DNA of 64,000 nucleotides from a virus. Below, piece by piece: positions 8,824 through 17,699 of the stretch. Position 1 is the stretch's first letter, and each line of letters begins with the position of its first letter. The notes beneath the pieces are model-generated. The model saw only the letters and a list, made by a program, of their open reading frames with translations. It searched no databases and was not told the origin of the DNA. The stretch covers positions 37,003 to 101,002 of the IMG/VR virus record IMGVR_UViG_3300046012_000505; one strand, 5' to 3'. Made by a program: the position numbers and the translations under genes.

Positions 8824-9009
8824 TCAGCCTCCCGCCTCATCACCCGGCCAGCGCGCTCGCTCGTACGCATCCACCGCCGTCATTAGCGCGTCGAGACGGT
8901 CGCCGTCCGGCGTGCCACGCGGCAAGCCCCACAGCCGCTCGATTTCCCGCAGAGCAAGCTGGTGCGATGCATCGTCGGTCACGGTCACGGGTAGCGCGGT
9001 GTCAGCCAT
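8824..9009 (-). CDS. HigA antitoxin N-terminal-domain-like protein lacking the HTH
   Basis: LALREIERLWGLPRGTPDGDRLDALMTAVDAYERARWP resembles the HigA N-terminal pattern (AL..IE.L....GT..GDRL..L..L+EAYE...P). Confidence 0.7.
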   Translation of the reverse strand: MADTALPVTVTDDASHQLALREIERLWGLPRGTPDGDRLDALMTAVDAYERARWPGDEAGG

Positions 9010-9010
9010 C

Positions 9011-9910
9011 TCAGCCTCCCACGCTCGCCACCAGTCCGATGGTGGGCGCCTCCTCCGCTATCCGCGCAACCGCCTCTCCGCCATCCAATACCCTCGCCGC
9101 CTCGCGCAGCAGGGATCGAAGCCTTCGCACCTCGGCATCGACCTGGAGCGCTTGGGCCCGCCGCTTCACCTCACCGAGCACGGAGTATTCCGAGGCATCT
9201 GCCGGCATGCCGAACGCCGTGCGGATGCCAGCCAGCGCGGCCTTCGCCTGCTCAGCTTCGGCCGCGGCCTCGACGCGCGCGTTCTCCACGATCTGCTTTG
9301 CCTTAGCGGTCGCCTTGTCGAGAACCTCGCGCGCGCTCTTGGGAGCCGCTAGATATTCCGCGATATCCTTCCCGAGGCGCTCACCGATCTTCCGCCTGGC
9401 GCGCGCATCGACCAAGTTGTCGTGCTCTCGCCGGTAGTAGTCGCTGGCGTGATAGCGATCAGCCGTTTCTCCCGCGCCAGAGCGCGCACCCTGCGCCACA
9501 TTGATCAGCCGCAGCCACGCGCCAGTCGGCAACTCGATCCGCTGCAGCGTCGGCCGCCGGAGGTGACGCCACATCTTGGACCCGCGCACGATCAGGCCGC
9601 AGCCCGACGGAATGTCCTTCAGTGTGCACAGCCCCTGCGGCACCGCGAAGGTAACGCCGCCGGCTATCTTCAAATACTTCTGCCACTTCCCGCCGGTCAG
9701 ATCGGAGCGCAGATCGGCGACCGATATTTTTACCTCGTATGCGACGAGCTCCGGATGGTCGTAGCTCCACCGCTTGAGCGCGTAGACGTCGGGCCGCGAT
9801 TGCCCGCTGCCTAGCACCGCCATGTTCTGCCAGACCCATCGTTCGCCGCCACACCGCAGGTGCAGCGCCAGGTCATTCGCGAGATGATCGTGGCCCCAAT
9901 CGACGGTCAT
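9011..9910 (-). CDS. mmcB: MmcB-family PD-(D/E)xK DNA repair nuclease with C-terminal coiled coil
   Basis: RPDV...YEVKISVADLRSD...KWQKY...FAVP...IPSGCGLI. Confidence 0.8.
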   Translation of the reverse strand: MTVDWGHDHLANDLALHLRCGGERWVWQNMAVLGSGQSRPDVYALKRWSYDHPELVAYEVKISVADLRSDLTGGKWQKYLKIAGGVTFAVPQGLCTLKDIPSGCGLIVRGSKMWRHLRRPTLQRIELPTGAWLRLINVAQGARSGAGETADRYHASDYYRREHDNLVDARARRKIGERLGKDIAEYLAAPKSAREVLDKATAKAKQIVENARVEAAAEAEQAKAALAGIRTAFGMPADASEYSVLGEVKRRAQALQVDAEVRRLRSLLREAARVLDGGEAVARIAEEAPTIGLVASVGG

Positions 9911-9920
9911 CGCAGGTACT

Positions 9921-10241
9921 TCATCGAGCGGCGGGCGTGGTCGGCACGCCGAGTTGCGCCAAGACGGCGGAACTGTGGCCATGCTCGCGGGCGTGACGCA
10001 TGAGGGCTATCATGAAGCCGTCGACATTGACGGCGCCACCTTCGCACCAGCATCGCCCGAGCGTGTCGGCGAGCCGAAGCATGAAGGGGACATTTTCCGG
10101 AAGCGTCACCGTTCGACCGACTGACCCCGCATCGTCATAGCCGACCATCGCGAGGAACCCGATCCCGCGCTCCTCGCACTTCCGCGCCAGATCACTCAGC
10201 GCCGGAGCGATTTCCTCGTCATAGAATTTTTCGTCGTTCAC
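9921..10241 (-). CDS. hypothetical phage protein
   Basis: GTG with GGAGG RBS; FYDEEIAPAL..LA..C...GI motif. Confidence 0.6.
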   Translation of the reverse strand: MNDEKFYDEEIAPALSDLARKCEERGIGFLAMVGYDDAGSVGRTVTLPENVPFMLRLADTLGRCWCEGGAVNVDGFMIALMRHAREHGHSSAVLAQLGVPTTPAAR

Positions 10242-10264
10242 GGGCAGTCCTCCCTCCATCGGCG

Positions 10265-10453
10265 TCACCCCCGCACCCCCGCAGCAGGTGACGACGTCGT
10301 TCGAACCGCCTTCGCCAGCGTGGCTTCCGCCGAGCTCAATCGCGACACCGCAGCGGGCACCGCAGCCGTGTCCTTCCACGCATCGGCCTGACACAGCGCC
10401 AGGCGCGCGGCGGCCCACTCAATCGCCGCGGTCTCTACCTCGCTACTCGCCAT
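10265..10453 (-). CDS. hypothetical protein
   Basis: ATG with GGAGGG RBS. Confidence 0.45.
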   Translation of the reverse strand: MASSEVETAAIEWAAARLALCQADAWKDTAAVPAAVSRLSSAEATLAKAVRTTSSPAAGVRG

Positions 10454-10652
10454 CCCGCCCTCCATGCTCGCCAGCGCGCGCCTCAATCCGCCGCAGCCGC
10501 TCCAACTCCGCCGACCGACGCTTCCGCCGAGCCCGCTCGTTACACGCCCGCCCGCAATACGCGTGCGACGCCCGCAACTTCGAGATCGGCTTCCCACACG
10601 TCGCGCAGGTCCGCAACCCCGTCACCGGCACATCAGCCAAGCCGCCCGTCAT
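10443..10652 (-). CDS. small zinc-finger protein
   Basis: CATCG...YCGRAC. Confidence 0.6.
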   Translation of the reverse strand: MTGGLADVPVTGLRTCATCGKPISKLRASHAYCGRACNERARRKRRSAELERLRRIEARAGEHGGRDGE

Positions 10653-10662
10653 CTCGCAAAAC

Positions 10663-10677
10663 TCCACAATCCGTGGA
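10663..10677. promoter_or_regulatory. operator palindrome TYCAC-N5-GTGRA
   Basis: TCCACAATCCGTGGA at the head of the 10652-to-7453 gene run. Confidence 0.7.
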
Positions 10678-10909
10678 TGATATACGCGTGTATGAAGATC
10701 ATGGGAAGGAAAAAATTATTACGGGCGAGGGGAGAACGTGAGAAAAGCCGGTGGGTTTTTCTGGCAGCGGTCCCCACCCCACCCCTCGAACACTCTGACG
10801 CGCGCTCGCCGATCCGCCTGGCAGGGTCGGCGCCGGCCGGGCAACCCGCCGACCGACGGCGCACCCAGGTCAGCGCGCCGTCGTCGTGGTTGGGCCGCCA
10901 GCGAGCGGA

Positions 10910-11545
10910 TCAGCGCCCACCGCGCCCGATCGATGGCGTCTGTGACGCTGTTCGTGGCGGCCGAGCCGTGTCACTGCCCACGAGCGAGGCGTCAGCGGCC
11001 TGCCTCAGCAACCGATAGAGCGTCGAGCGGTCTATACCGAACGTCGCGGCGACGCGTGAAGCCGATTCCTTCGGGTTGCTCATCAGCAGCCGCGCCTGCT
11101 CGATCTGGTGCGGGGCAAGCTTCGGCCGCCGGCCGCCGACCTTCCCGCGTGCTCGAGCGGCGACAAGCCCGGCATTGGTCCGCTCCCGGATCAGGTCGCG
11201 CTCCATCTCGGCGAGCGCGGCCATCATGTGGAAGAACATCCGACCCGCCGGCGTCGACGTGTCGATCGTGTCGGTGATCGAGCGGAAGGCGACGCCGCGA
11301 TCGGCCAAGGTGCGAACGAGGTCGACCAGCTGGTGCACGGTGCGGCCGAGCCGGTCGAGCTTCCAGACCATGAACGCGTCGCCATCGCGCAGATCGGCGA
11401 TCGCCTTGGCGAGCTCCGGGCGGTCCAGGCGGGATCCGCTGGCCGTCTCGGTGTAGACGCGCTCGCAGCCGGCCCGCTGCAGGGCGTCGAGTTGGAGGTC
11501 GAGGAGCTGGTCATCGGTCGAGACGCGAGCGTAGCCTATCAGCAT
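10910..11545 (-). CDS. small serine recombinase (resolvase/invertase)
   Basis: MLIGYARVST, VWKLDRLGR, AALAEMERDLIRERT, C-terminal HTH GIDRSTLYR. Confidence 0.95.
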   Translation of the reverse strand: MLIGYARVSTDDQLLDLQLDALQRAGCERVYTETASGSRLDRPELAKAIADLRDGDAFMVWKLDRLGRTVHQLVDLVRTLADRGVAFRSITDTIDTSTPAGRMFFHMMAALAEMERDLIRERTNAGLVAARARGKVGGRRPKLAPHQIEQARLLMSNPKESASRVAATFGIDRSTLYRLLRQAADASLVGSDTARPPRTASQTPSIGRGGR

Positions 11546-11566
11546 GGCGGCGGTTCCCCTGAAAGT

Positions 11567-11700
11567 GTTGCACAAACGACAATAACTCTACCATCGCCAC
11601 TTTGATTATGCAACAGCATCAATGAGACTGAGGGGTGGCGCGGTCGCGTCGTCCGATCAACCTTCGCGCGACCGTCGCACAACCCACCGTTTGTGCAACG
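11567..11700. other. res-like recombination site upstream of the resolvase
   Basis: GTTGCACAAACG (11567-11578) and its exact inverse (11688-11699), TTATGCAAC half-site (11606-11614), 28-bp imperfect palindrome 11673-11700. Confidence 0.65.
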
Positions 11701-11980
11701 CACTGGACCATCTACCAATCCGGTCATATGACCGCCGAGGCGTCCGGCGGCTGGTCGGCCGGCCAGTCGGGCACCGCGCCGCCGTGGTCGATGATGTTCG
11801 CTTCGAGGGCGCCGAGCGCCAAGGTCGCCGACCAACTGCCGACCGGCCACCAACCTCGCCCGCCTCACGGCGCTGACCCTAGCTCGCCCTAGCATCAGCC
11901 TTTCGATCAGCCTATCCACCGTCGCCGCCATCGTTCCCTCCATTGTTGAGTCAACCTCTCAACCACACCTATCGCGGGAC

Positions 11981-12337
11981 GTGACACGCTCCAAAATCCC
12001 GTGGCCCCCTTGTGTCACACCCCGTCACCCCCTCTCTGTCTCTCTTACCACTTTGAAAAGAAAGAAAGAAAGAAAGGGGGGCCACGGATTTCGCACATCT
12101 CCACCCATATACACACGCGCACATCACGCGCGCACCTGAAGGGGTGTCTCCCGAGCGTGTCACCTGTGGCCCCCCCCTAAAAGATTGCTATAAATCAAAC
12201 ACATGACAGAGACAGAGGGAGGGCAACAGCCTGTGACACAGGGGGGCGACAAGGCTCGATCTGGGGCGTGTCACGTAGACTGGGGCGATAGTCGAACGGT
12301 CGGCGTGCACGTTAATCGTGTGTGATGTAGGTGACAC
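11981..12337. repeat. GTGACAC iteron cluster with AT-rich tracts; putative replication origin
   Basis: GTGACAC/GTGTCAC at 11981, 12012, 12157, 12233, 12268, 12331 plus partial copies, directly downstream of the replication NTPase. Confidence 0.65.
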
Positions 12338-12346
12338 GCTGGAGGG

Positions 12347-14131
12347 CTATTCGGTCGGATCGATGGCTTTGAAGGGGACGGCGACGGCACGGAAGGACGA
12401 CCCGTGGCCGAATTTCATCGAGGATTTGGACTTGATCGCACCCGGAGCGCGGGCGAGCGGCACGGCCCATTGGACGGCCCAGGAGGTGTCGCGGAGGACG
12501 CGCTCGAGGGCAGAGTGCGAGTTTGCGAACCACACGTAGTAGCCGTCTCCAGCGCCCGGGTAGGGTGCCTCGGCGGACGGCGTGGAGCCAAGCGGGTTGA
12601 GCCGCTCGACGCGTATCCCGTAACGCCGCAGATAGACCAAGGCGTTGTCCGGCGGGATCACCTCATCCTGATACTCCTTGGCCACGCTGGCTATGAGATC
12701 GCCAATCGTGCGCTCGTAGATCGAGCCGTTGCCGAGACGCAAAATGACGACCTGCTGGCAGATGAACGAGAGCAGCTTGGCGTGGTCCGGCGTCGAATTC
12801 GCCTCGATCGCAGCCTCGTTGATCCAGCCGAGCTTGATGATCGACTCGCGGGCCTGATCGATCGTCAGGGTCTTGGAGTGGTGCAGCGCCGCGGCGCCAG
12901 CGAGCAGCACCCCTAATTGGTCGCCATTGCGGCGGCTTGGCATGATCTCCGCAGCTGCCTTCGCATAGGTCTCGGCGTTGGCGCGGATCGCCGGCAGGAG
13001 GGCCAACGAGCGGCTTAGGAGACGGGTCGAGAAGTCCTTTGTCAGCGTCTTGGCCGTCATCGCGCTGATCGTCTCGAAATGTTCGGCGATCGCACGCTTC
13101 ATATCGCTGGTATTGCCTTCCGGACCCAGCAACTGGATCACCGTGAAGCGCGACTCGTCGGCCTGTTCGGTCAGCATGGGCTGGACCGACGAGAAGCACA
13201 TGGACGACCGCACGCGGTATTGCTGCCCCTTACCGGCATCGCCGCCCTTGACGATCGGCGCACCGCCTTCGGTCGACGCGGCCCGGGCGAATTCGATGAT
13301 GGTCTGGAGGCGCTCACGATCGCGCGGGTTTTTGGTGTCCGCCTCGTCGAAGATGACCGGGCGCGCATCGGATTTGAGCGCCTGGCGCAAGCCGGGCTCC
13401 GTCGTTCGAGACTGCACGGAGAGGGCGATGCCGGACAGAGACGCCTCTACGATGTGCTCCTGCACCCAGGACTTGCCGGAGCCGGGCGGCGCGCATATCC
13501 AGATGTGAGGGCGCCATGCCAGCGCACCGCAAAGAGGCGCCACGACGCACCAGCCGGCCAGGATGGTAGCCATCCAGGGCCGCTCCCATCGCAGCAGCTC
13601 GCACAACTCGAAGAACCGCCGCGCCTCGTCATTGTCGAGCCGAGGACCTGGGTTGATGCCGAACGATGTGGCTTCCTCGTAGATATTGGTGGTGTCAAAC
13701 GACGCGACGGGCTGCCGCTCGCCGTCGACGATGAGATGGTCGCCCAGGTGCAGGACGACGCGCTTGCGGTCCCACCACGCGCCACGGCCGCGCAGCCGGT
13801 CGATGTTGAACACGCCGGCGCGCAGGCACGCCTGGATGAGCGCGTTGATGGCTGCAGGACGGTCGTAACCACCCTTCTTCGGGTATTCCCGTTCCCAGTA
13901 ATGCAGCGGCGCCAGCCCGAGCAGCGTGCCGTCATTGCTCAACGCCCGGCCGTTCGCCTCAGTGATTTGGCCGGATCTGCGCGCGAGGAAGTAATAGACG
14001 CCGTGATTGTGCCCTAGCGCCCGGAATTCCGTCTCATCGAGCGAGACCTCAGCCGACTCGCCGCCGGGCTTGGCCCGCTTGGCGGCTTTGCGCGCATCGG
14101 CGAGCGGAACGACTCTCTCGTCGTCTGGCAC
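12347..14131 (-). CDS. phage replication P-loop NTPase/helicase (primase-helicase family, no N-terminal primase domain visible)
   Basis: WRPHIWICAPPGSGKS Walker A, PVIFDEAD Walker B, ADESRF. Confidence 0.8.
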   Translation of the reverse strand: MPDDERVVPLADARKAAKRAKPGGESAEVSLDETEFRALGHNHGVYYFLARRSGQITEANGRALSNDGTLLGLAPLHYWEREYPKKGGYDRPAAINALIQACLRAGVFNIDRLRGRGAWWDRKRVVLHLGDHLIVDGERQPVASFDTTNIYEEATSFGINPGPRLDNDEARRFFELCELLRWERPWMATILAGWCVVAPLCGALAWRPHIWICAPPGSGKSWVQEHIVEASLSGIALSVQSRTTEPGLRQALKSDARPVIFDEADTKNPRDRERLQTIIEFARAASTEGGAPIVKGGDAGKGQQYRVRSSMCFSSVQPMLTEQADESRFTVIQLLGPEGNTSDMKRAIAEHFETISAMTAKTLTKDFSTRLLSRSLALLPAIRANAETYAKAAAEIMPSRRNGDQLGVLLAGAAALHHSKTLTIDQARESIIKLGWINEAAIEANSTPDHAKLLSFICQQVVILRLGNGSIYERTIGDLIASVAKEYQDEVIPPDNALVYLRRYGIRVERLNPLGSTPSAEAPYPGAGDGYYVWFANSHSALERVLRDTSWAVQWAVPLARAPGAIKSKSSMKFGHGSSFRAVAVPFKAIDPTE

Positions 14132-14276
14132 GGATCAGACCGACACGCGGAGCGGCATGAAATCCCCCATAAACCGCCGAGCATCGGCGGGGTTGGACCG
14201 GGCGCGCAGGCTGTGGGGGACAGCCCACGCACCCAGTCCTCACGTTGATTGCAGGTCAACGCGGCGCCACAGAATA

Positions 14277-14401
14277 CTCACAAAATGTGGATTGGTGGTA
14301 GCCCGAAATAGCGGGGAACACGGCTTGATTGTGGCTATCTACGCTGATCGCTGACTGAGATATTCACATTTTGTGAACTTTAGCGGTTGACAATGCGTGG
14401 A
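14277..14401. promoter_or_regulatory. divergent control region: three operator-like sites and a TTGACA -35 for the plus-strand island
   Basis: CTCACAAAATGTGGA 14277-14291, TTCACATTTTGTGAA 14363-14377, TTGACAATGCGTGGA 14387-14401. Confidence 0.7.
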
Positions 14402-14457
14402 GTCGGTAGCAGAAATGAGGGACCGGAAGCTGGTTCCGGTCGCACGGAGAAAACGAC

Positions 14458-14745
14458 ATGACTCACGCCTTCATAATCACCAGGGATTGCCTCGAAAAAC
14501 GCGACATCACCGTCATCGGACCGCGCAACGCGAACGACGGTCTGGTTGCCCAACTGAAGGACGGCGGCGGTCGCGCCTTCCGCATGCTCGATGACGACGG
14601 CGAGGTCTACTACGAGGGCCGCATCCTCACGAGCGACGGCCCCGGCTCGCAAGACGACTTCGCCCCGCTCGATTGCTACGGCGAGCCGAATGCGGGCTGC
14701 ACGTCCATCCAATATCGCCAAGGCGCCGTCTGGAAATCCCTCTGA
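14458..14745 (+). CDS. hypothetical phage protein
   Basis: GGAG RBS; FRMLDDDGEVYYEG...PLD.YG.PNAGCT.I.Y motif. Confidence 0.75.
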   Translation: MTHAFIITRDCLEKRDITVIGPRNANDGLVAQLKDGGGRAFRMLDDDGEVYYEGRILTSDGPGSQDDFAPLDCYGEPNAGCTSIQYRQGAVWKSL

Positions 14746-14792
14746 CCCATCGCAGCGCGGCGGGTCCGTCCAGCCGCGTCACGATGCGCCAG
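14742..14792. repeat. conserved intergenic hairpin 1 (CTGA...CCAG)
   Basis: 20-bp imperfect stem starting at the TGA stop. Confidence 0.7.
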
Positions 14793-14815
14793 AGCATCCG
14801 ACCGAGAGGCACGCC

Positions 14816-15013
14816 ATGAGAGTCAAAATCTACGATATCGACAGCAACACGGGCGAGCAGACCCTGCGCGGCGAGGACGCTACCTTGGCCATGTTCGACG
14901 ACGACGACGACCGGCATTGGGTCGAGCACGAACTGCGGTCGCGCGGCCGCTCGTATGTCGGCGGCGGCGCTGCCCCGCTCGTCCTGCTGGTGCGCGCCGG
15001 AGACGCCCAGTGA
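14816..15013 (+). CDS. small acidic protein
   Basis: GAGAGG RBS; MRVKIYDIDS...YVGGGAAP. Confidence 0.65.
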   Translation: MRVKIYDIDSNTGEQTLRGEDATLAMFDDDDDRHWVEHELRSRGRSYVGGGAAPLVLLVRAGDAQ

Positions 15014-15441
15014 CCCGCCGCGCCATCCGTCGCGGCCTCATCTACGCCGCCATCGTGATCGTGCCGTGGGCCGTCATAGGCGTGGGCTGCGCGATGCTGG
15101 CGGGCTGCGCTGGCGCGCCGCTGACAATCAGCGACGATCCGATGGCGCCGCCGCGTGCTGCCGTCTACCGGGCGATCGGTGAGCGCGACCCGTCGTTCGC
15201 GTTTCCTGCCTGTTACGATCTCGCGTTTGCCGCCTTCGATCGGATGCGCGCAGCGGGCGAGCATCCCATTCTCGTCGCCGCCCTCACCGAGACCGGCGAG
15301 GGTCATATGCTCGTCGAGGCTGACGGGCTGGCTTTTGACAACCGCTACTCGCGTCCGCAGCCGATCGACAGCCTACCCTACCGCTGGATCGAGGCGAGCG
15401 CCGACGGCGTGTCGTGGTTCAAGGCGGGAGTCGTGCAGTGA
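15010..15441 (+). CDS. lipoprotein, transglutaminase-like cysteine peptidase (C93/LapG/BTLCP-like)
   Basis: Lipobox LAGC; CYDLA, GEGHML, FDNR give a Cys-His-Asp triad spaced as in C93 peptidases. Confidence 0.65.
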   Translation: MTRRAIRRGLIYAAIVIVPWAVIGVGCAMLAGCAGAPLTISDDPMAPPRAAVYRAIGERDPSFAFPACYDLAFAAFDRMRAAGEHPILVAALTETGEGHMLVEADGLAFDNRYSRPQPIDSLPYRWIEASADGVSWFKAGVVQ

Positions 15442-15566
15442 CCGCCGAGACCCGCGCGATCGTCCGAAACACCCTCGCCTACGTCGCGATCGTGGTTGGT
15501 TCCTGGAGCGCCGTGCTGGCGGTCATCGCGCTGCTTAGGGCGCTGATCGCCGGAGTCGTTCAGTGA
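15438..15566 (+). CDS. 42-aa single-TM peptide (not in ORF track)
   Basis: VTAETRAIVRNTLAYVAIVVGSWSAVLAVIALLRALIAGVVQ; GTGA coupling at both ends. Confidence 0.6.
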   Translation: MTAETRAIVRNTLAYVAIVVGSWSAVLAVIALLRALIAGVVQ

Positions 15567-15823
15567 AGACCGGACCGCGCCTGTTCTGCGGCATCTACCC
15601 GTGCGGGCTGGTGTTCGCCGATCGCCACGTCGAGGTCGCGGGCGACTACAAGCGCCTCGCGTTCCTGCCCTACCGCACGCTGGTGGTGGAGTTCGAGAAG
15701 GACTGCCCTGCAGCGCTCCGCGCCGAGATCGCGGCCGACATCGCGCGGATGGCGCTGCGGGCCGGCGACGAATTCCAGATCAGCACCAGCGGCCAGACGA
15801 TCATCCTTGGAGGCGGGAAGTGA
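15563..15823 (+). CDS. hypothetical phage protein
   Basis: Coupled ORF with GGAG RBS. Confidence 0.7.
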   Translation: MKTGPRLFCGIYPCGLVFADRHVEVAGDYKRLAFLPYRTLVVEFEKDCPAALRAEIAADIARMALRAGDEFQISTSGQTIILGGGK

Positions 15824-16023
15824 TCGACAACGGCACCCCACCAGCGATCCAAGCCGCGATGGCGCGCCGGCCCAAACTCACCGTCACCGGACTGCCGGGC
15901 CGCAGCGACGACTTCACCGTCTACCCGCTCACGCTGGCCGACGCGGAGAAGATGGCCGAGCGGTACGCCGCGAAGCATCCCGGCTGCAGCGTCACGATCA
16001 CGTCAGCCGGAGCCGCACCATGA
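15820..16023 (+). CDS. hypothetical protein
   Basis: GTG overlaps upstream stop; GGAGG RBS. Confidence 0.6.
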   Translation: MIDNGTPPAIQAAMARRPKLTVTGLPGRSDDFTVYPLTLADAEKMAERYAAKHPGCSVTITSAGAAP

Positions 16024-16235
16024 CCGACTTCGCCATCGCGAACGAGCGTCCCGGCGACTGCGCGAAGTGCCACGGCACCGGGCGCTACCGTTGGGGCGGC
16101 CGCACGGTCAACGGGCAGTGGCGCGGCCACGAAGGCGACTGCCATTCGTGCCGGGGAACGGGCCGGCAGACCGAGCAGGATATCCGCCGGAACCGCGCCT
16201 ACAACCGCCGGAAAATTTCCACGATTTCACTCTGA
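16020..16235 (+). CDS. DnaJ-type zinc-finger protein
   Basis: CAKCHGTG...CHSCRGTG (two CxxCxGxG). Confidence 0.75.
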   Translation: MTDFAIANERPGDCAKCHGTGRYRWGGRTVNGQWRGHEGDCHSCRGTGRQTEQDIRRNRAYNRRKISTISL

Positions 16236-16256
16236 CCAGCAGCAGGAGAAACGACC

Positions 16257-16802
16257 ATGCCGAAAATCTACATCGTCCAAGCCGAACACCCCGCTGTGCC
16301 GGGCCGGCCGATCAGCGCCCACGCGACGATGGTGGGTGCACTGGCGCGCGCGCTGGAGCTTGTGAACATCATCCGCGAGGCTGTCGAGTTACCACAAATC
16401 GCCAAGTTGGCAGATGAGGCGGCGCTTGATGCCGCGCTCGCCCAAGTGGCGACCGCTAGCGACTATGCGTTCGACCCCGAGGGTGATGAGGGCGATTTCG
16501 ACGTCTGGATTACCTCGCTCGATTTGCAGGGCGACGCGGAAGCCGTCGCGGTGCCGCGCACGGTATTAGCCGATCTTCTCAAACTTGCGGCCACGGCGCC
16601 GGCCTATGCCACGAGTGGCCAGCAATGGGCCGTTCGGGCGGTATGGGACGCGCGTGGGCTTGAGGGCGCCACGGCCGCGCCAGAGGCGTCCGCTCCGGCG
16701 ACGCGACATTTCGCGCATACCGAGGAATCCTGCCCGTCGAAGCACTGGAACGACGGCGACGACGTTTGCGCCGACTGCGGCGCCGACTTGCAGGGAGCCT
16801 GA
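16257..16802 (+). CDS. hypothetical acidic protein with C-terminal Cys/His motif
   Basis: AGGAG RBS; C...HW...CADCG. Confidence 0.7.
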   Translation: MPKIYIVQAEHPAVPGRPISAHATMVGALARALELVNIIREAVELPQIAKLADEAALDAALAQVATASDYAFDPEGDEGDFDVWITSLDLQGDAEAVAVPRTVLADLLKLAATAPAYATSGQQWAVRAVWDARGLEGATAAPEASAPATRHFAHTEESCPSKHWNDGDDVCADCGADLQGA

Positions 16803-16854
16803 CCCTCTCGCCAGCGCGCTCGCCCACCACCGGGCGCGCTGGAATGAAGGCCAG
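16799..16854. repeat. conserved intergenic hairpin 2 (CTGA...CCAG)
   Basis: CCAGCGCGCTCG/CGGGCGCGCTGG core with outer CTG/CAG. Confidence 0.7.
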
Positions 16855-16877
16855 ACGACCAGCAGAGGGAGAAGCAG

Positions 16878-17162
16878 ATGAAATCGTTCGCCGACGTGAA
16901 ACGCCGCCTGCAGATCGGCACCGTGCTCGAGTGCGTCGAGAACACCTATCGACCGGAACTGAACGGCACGCGCCGCATCGTCACGAAGGTGCAGGGCAAC
17001 GCGATCCGCTGGCGCAACACAGACGAAGCGCCCGACGCGCGCCCGAGCTGGACGCCGTTTCCGCCCGCCAGCAACACCGCGATCGTCGACGCCGACACTT
17101 TCCAACTCTCACTCAAGCGCGATGGCCACTACGTGCGCCTGCGCTTCATCGACGCCGCCTAA
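16878..17162 (+). CDS. hypothetical protein
   Basis: GGGAG RBS. Confidence 0.7.
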   Translation: MKSFADVKRRLQIGTVLECVENTYRPELNGTRRIVTKVQGNAIRWRNTDEAPDARPSWTPFPPASNTAIVDADTFQLSLKRDGHYVRLRFIDAA

Positions 17163-17189
17163 CCAGCAACCCCGAGAACGGAGAGACAG

Positions 17190-17624
17190 ATGAGCAAATT
17201 CCACGTCCACCTATACGCGACCGTTCGCGTCAAGATGTGCGACGTCGAAGCCGCCGACCAAGGCGCGGCCGTGCGCGAGGCTGTGCGCCTGTTCGATGGC
17301 GATGCGACCTTCAGCCGGTTCAACGAGAACGTCGCCTATGCCGACGAGATTACCGCCGCGCTAGTCGACACCGTCGGGGACGAACAATTCTCCGAGAGCC
17401 GCACCTACACGCCCGATGGCGAGCCGGACAGTGGAGCGGCACGTAGGATCGACGCCGCCACGGTCGCGGAGGCAATCACCGTCCTGCGCCGCCTGCACGC
17501 CACCCTTGAGGGAGAGTGGGCCGACCCCGCCGCCTACGGCATGCCGATCGAGAACCCCGACCACAACCACCACGACGACATGATGGCGCTGCGTGGCGTC
17601 ATAGCCAAGCTCCCCTCGCCCTGA
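17190..17624 (+). CDS. hypothetical acidic protein
   Basis: GGAG RBS. Confidence 0.7.
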   Translation: MSKFHVHLYATVRVKMCDVEAADQGAAVREAVRLFDGDATFSRFNENVAYADEITAALVDTVGDEQFSESRTYTPDGEPDSGAARRIDAATVAEAITVLRRLHATLEGEWADPAAYGMPIENPDHNHHDDMMALRGVIAKLPSP

Positions 17625-17674
17625 TCGCAGCTAGAGCGCCGGCACCACGCGCCGACGCTCACTGCTGCAATCGG
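17621..17674. repeat. conserved intergenic hairpin 3 (CTGA...TCGG)
   Basis: CTGAT/ATCGG, GCAGC/GCTGC, GAGCG/CGCTC, CGGC/GCCG. Confidence 0.7.
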
Positions 17675-17699
17675 CAGCGTCATCAACCGGAGACCTACC

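Noticed and set aside
10910-11700. Tn3-family transposon
   Set aside because: No transposase or terminal 38-bp inverted repeats seen.
11725-11931. ORF between the origin and the resolvase
   Set aside because: RBS and ATG exist but the frame turns Arg-rich and runs into the res site; may be frameshifted, cannot be supported.
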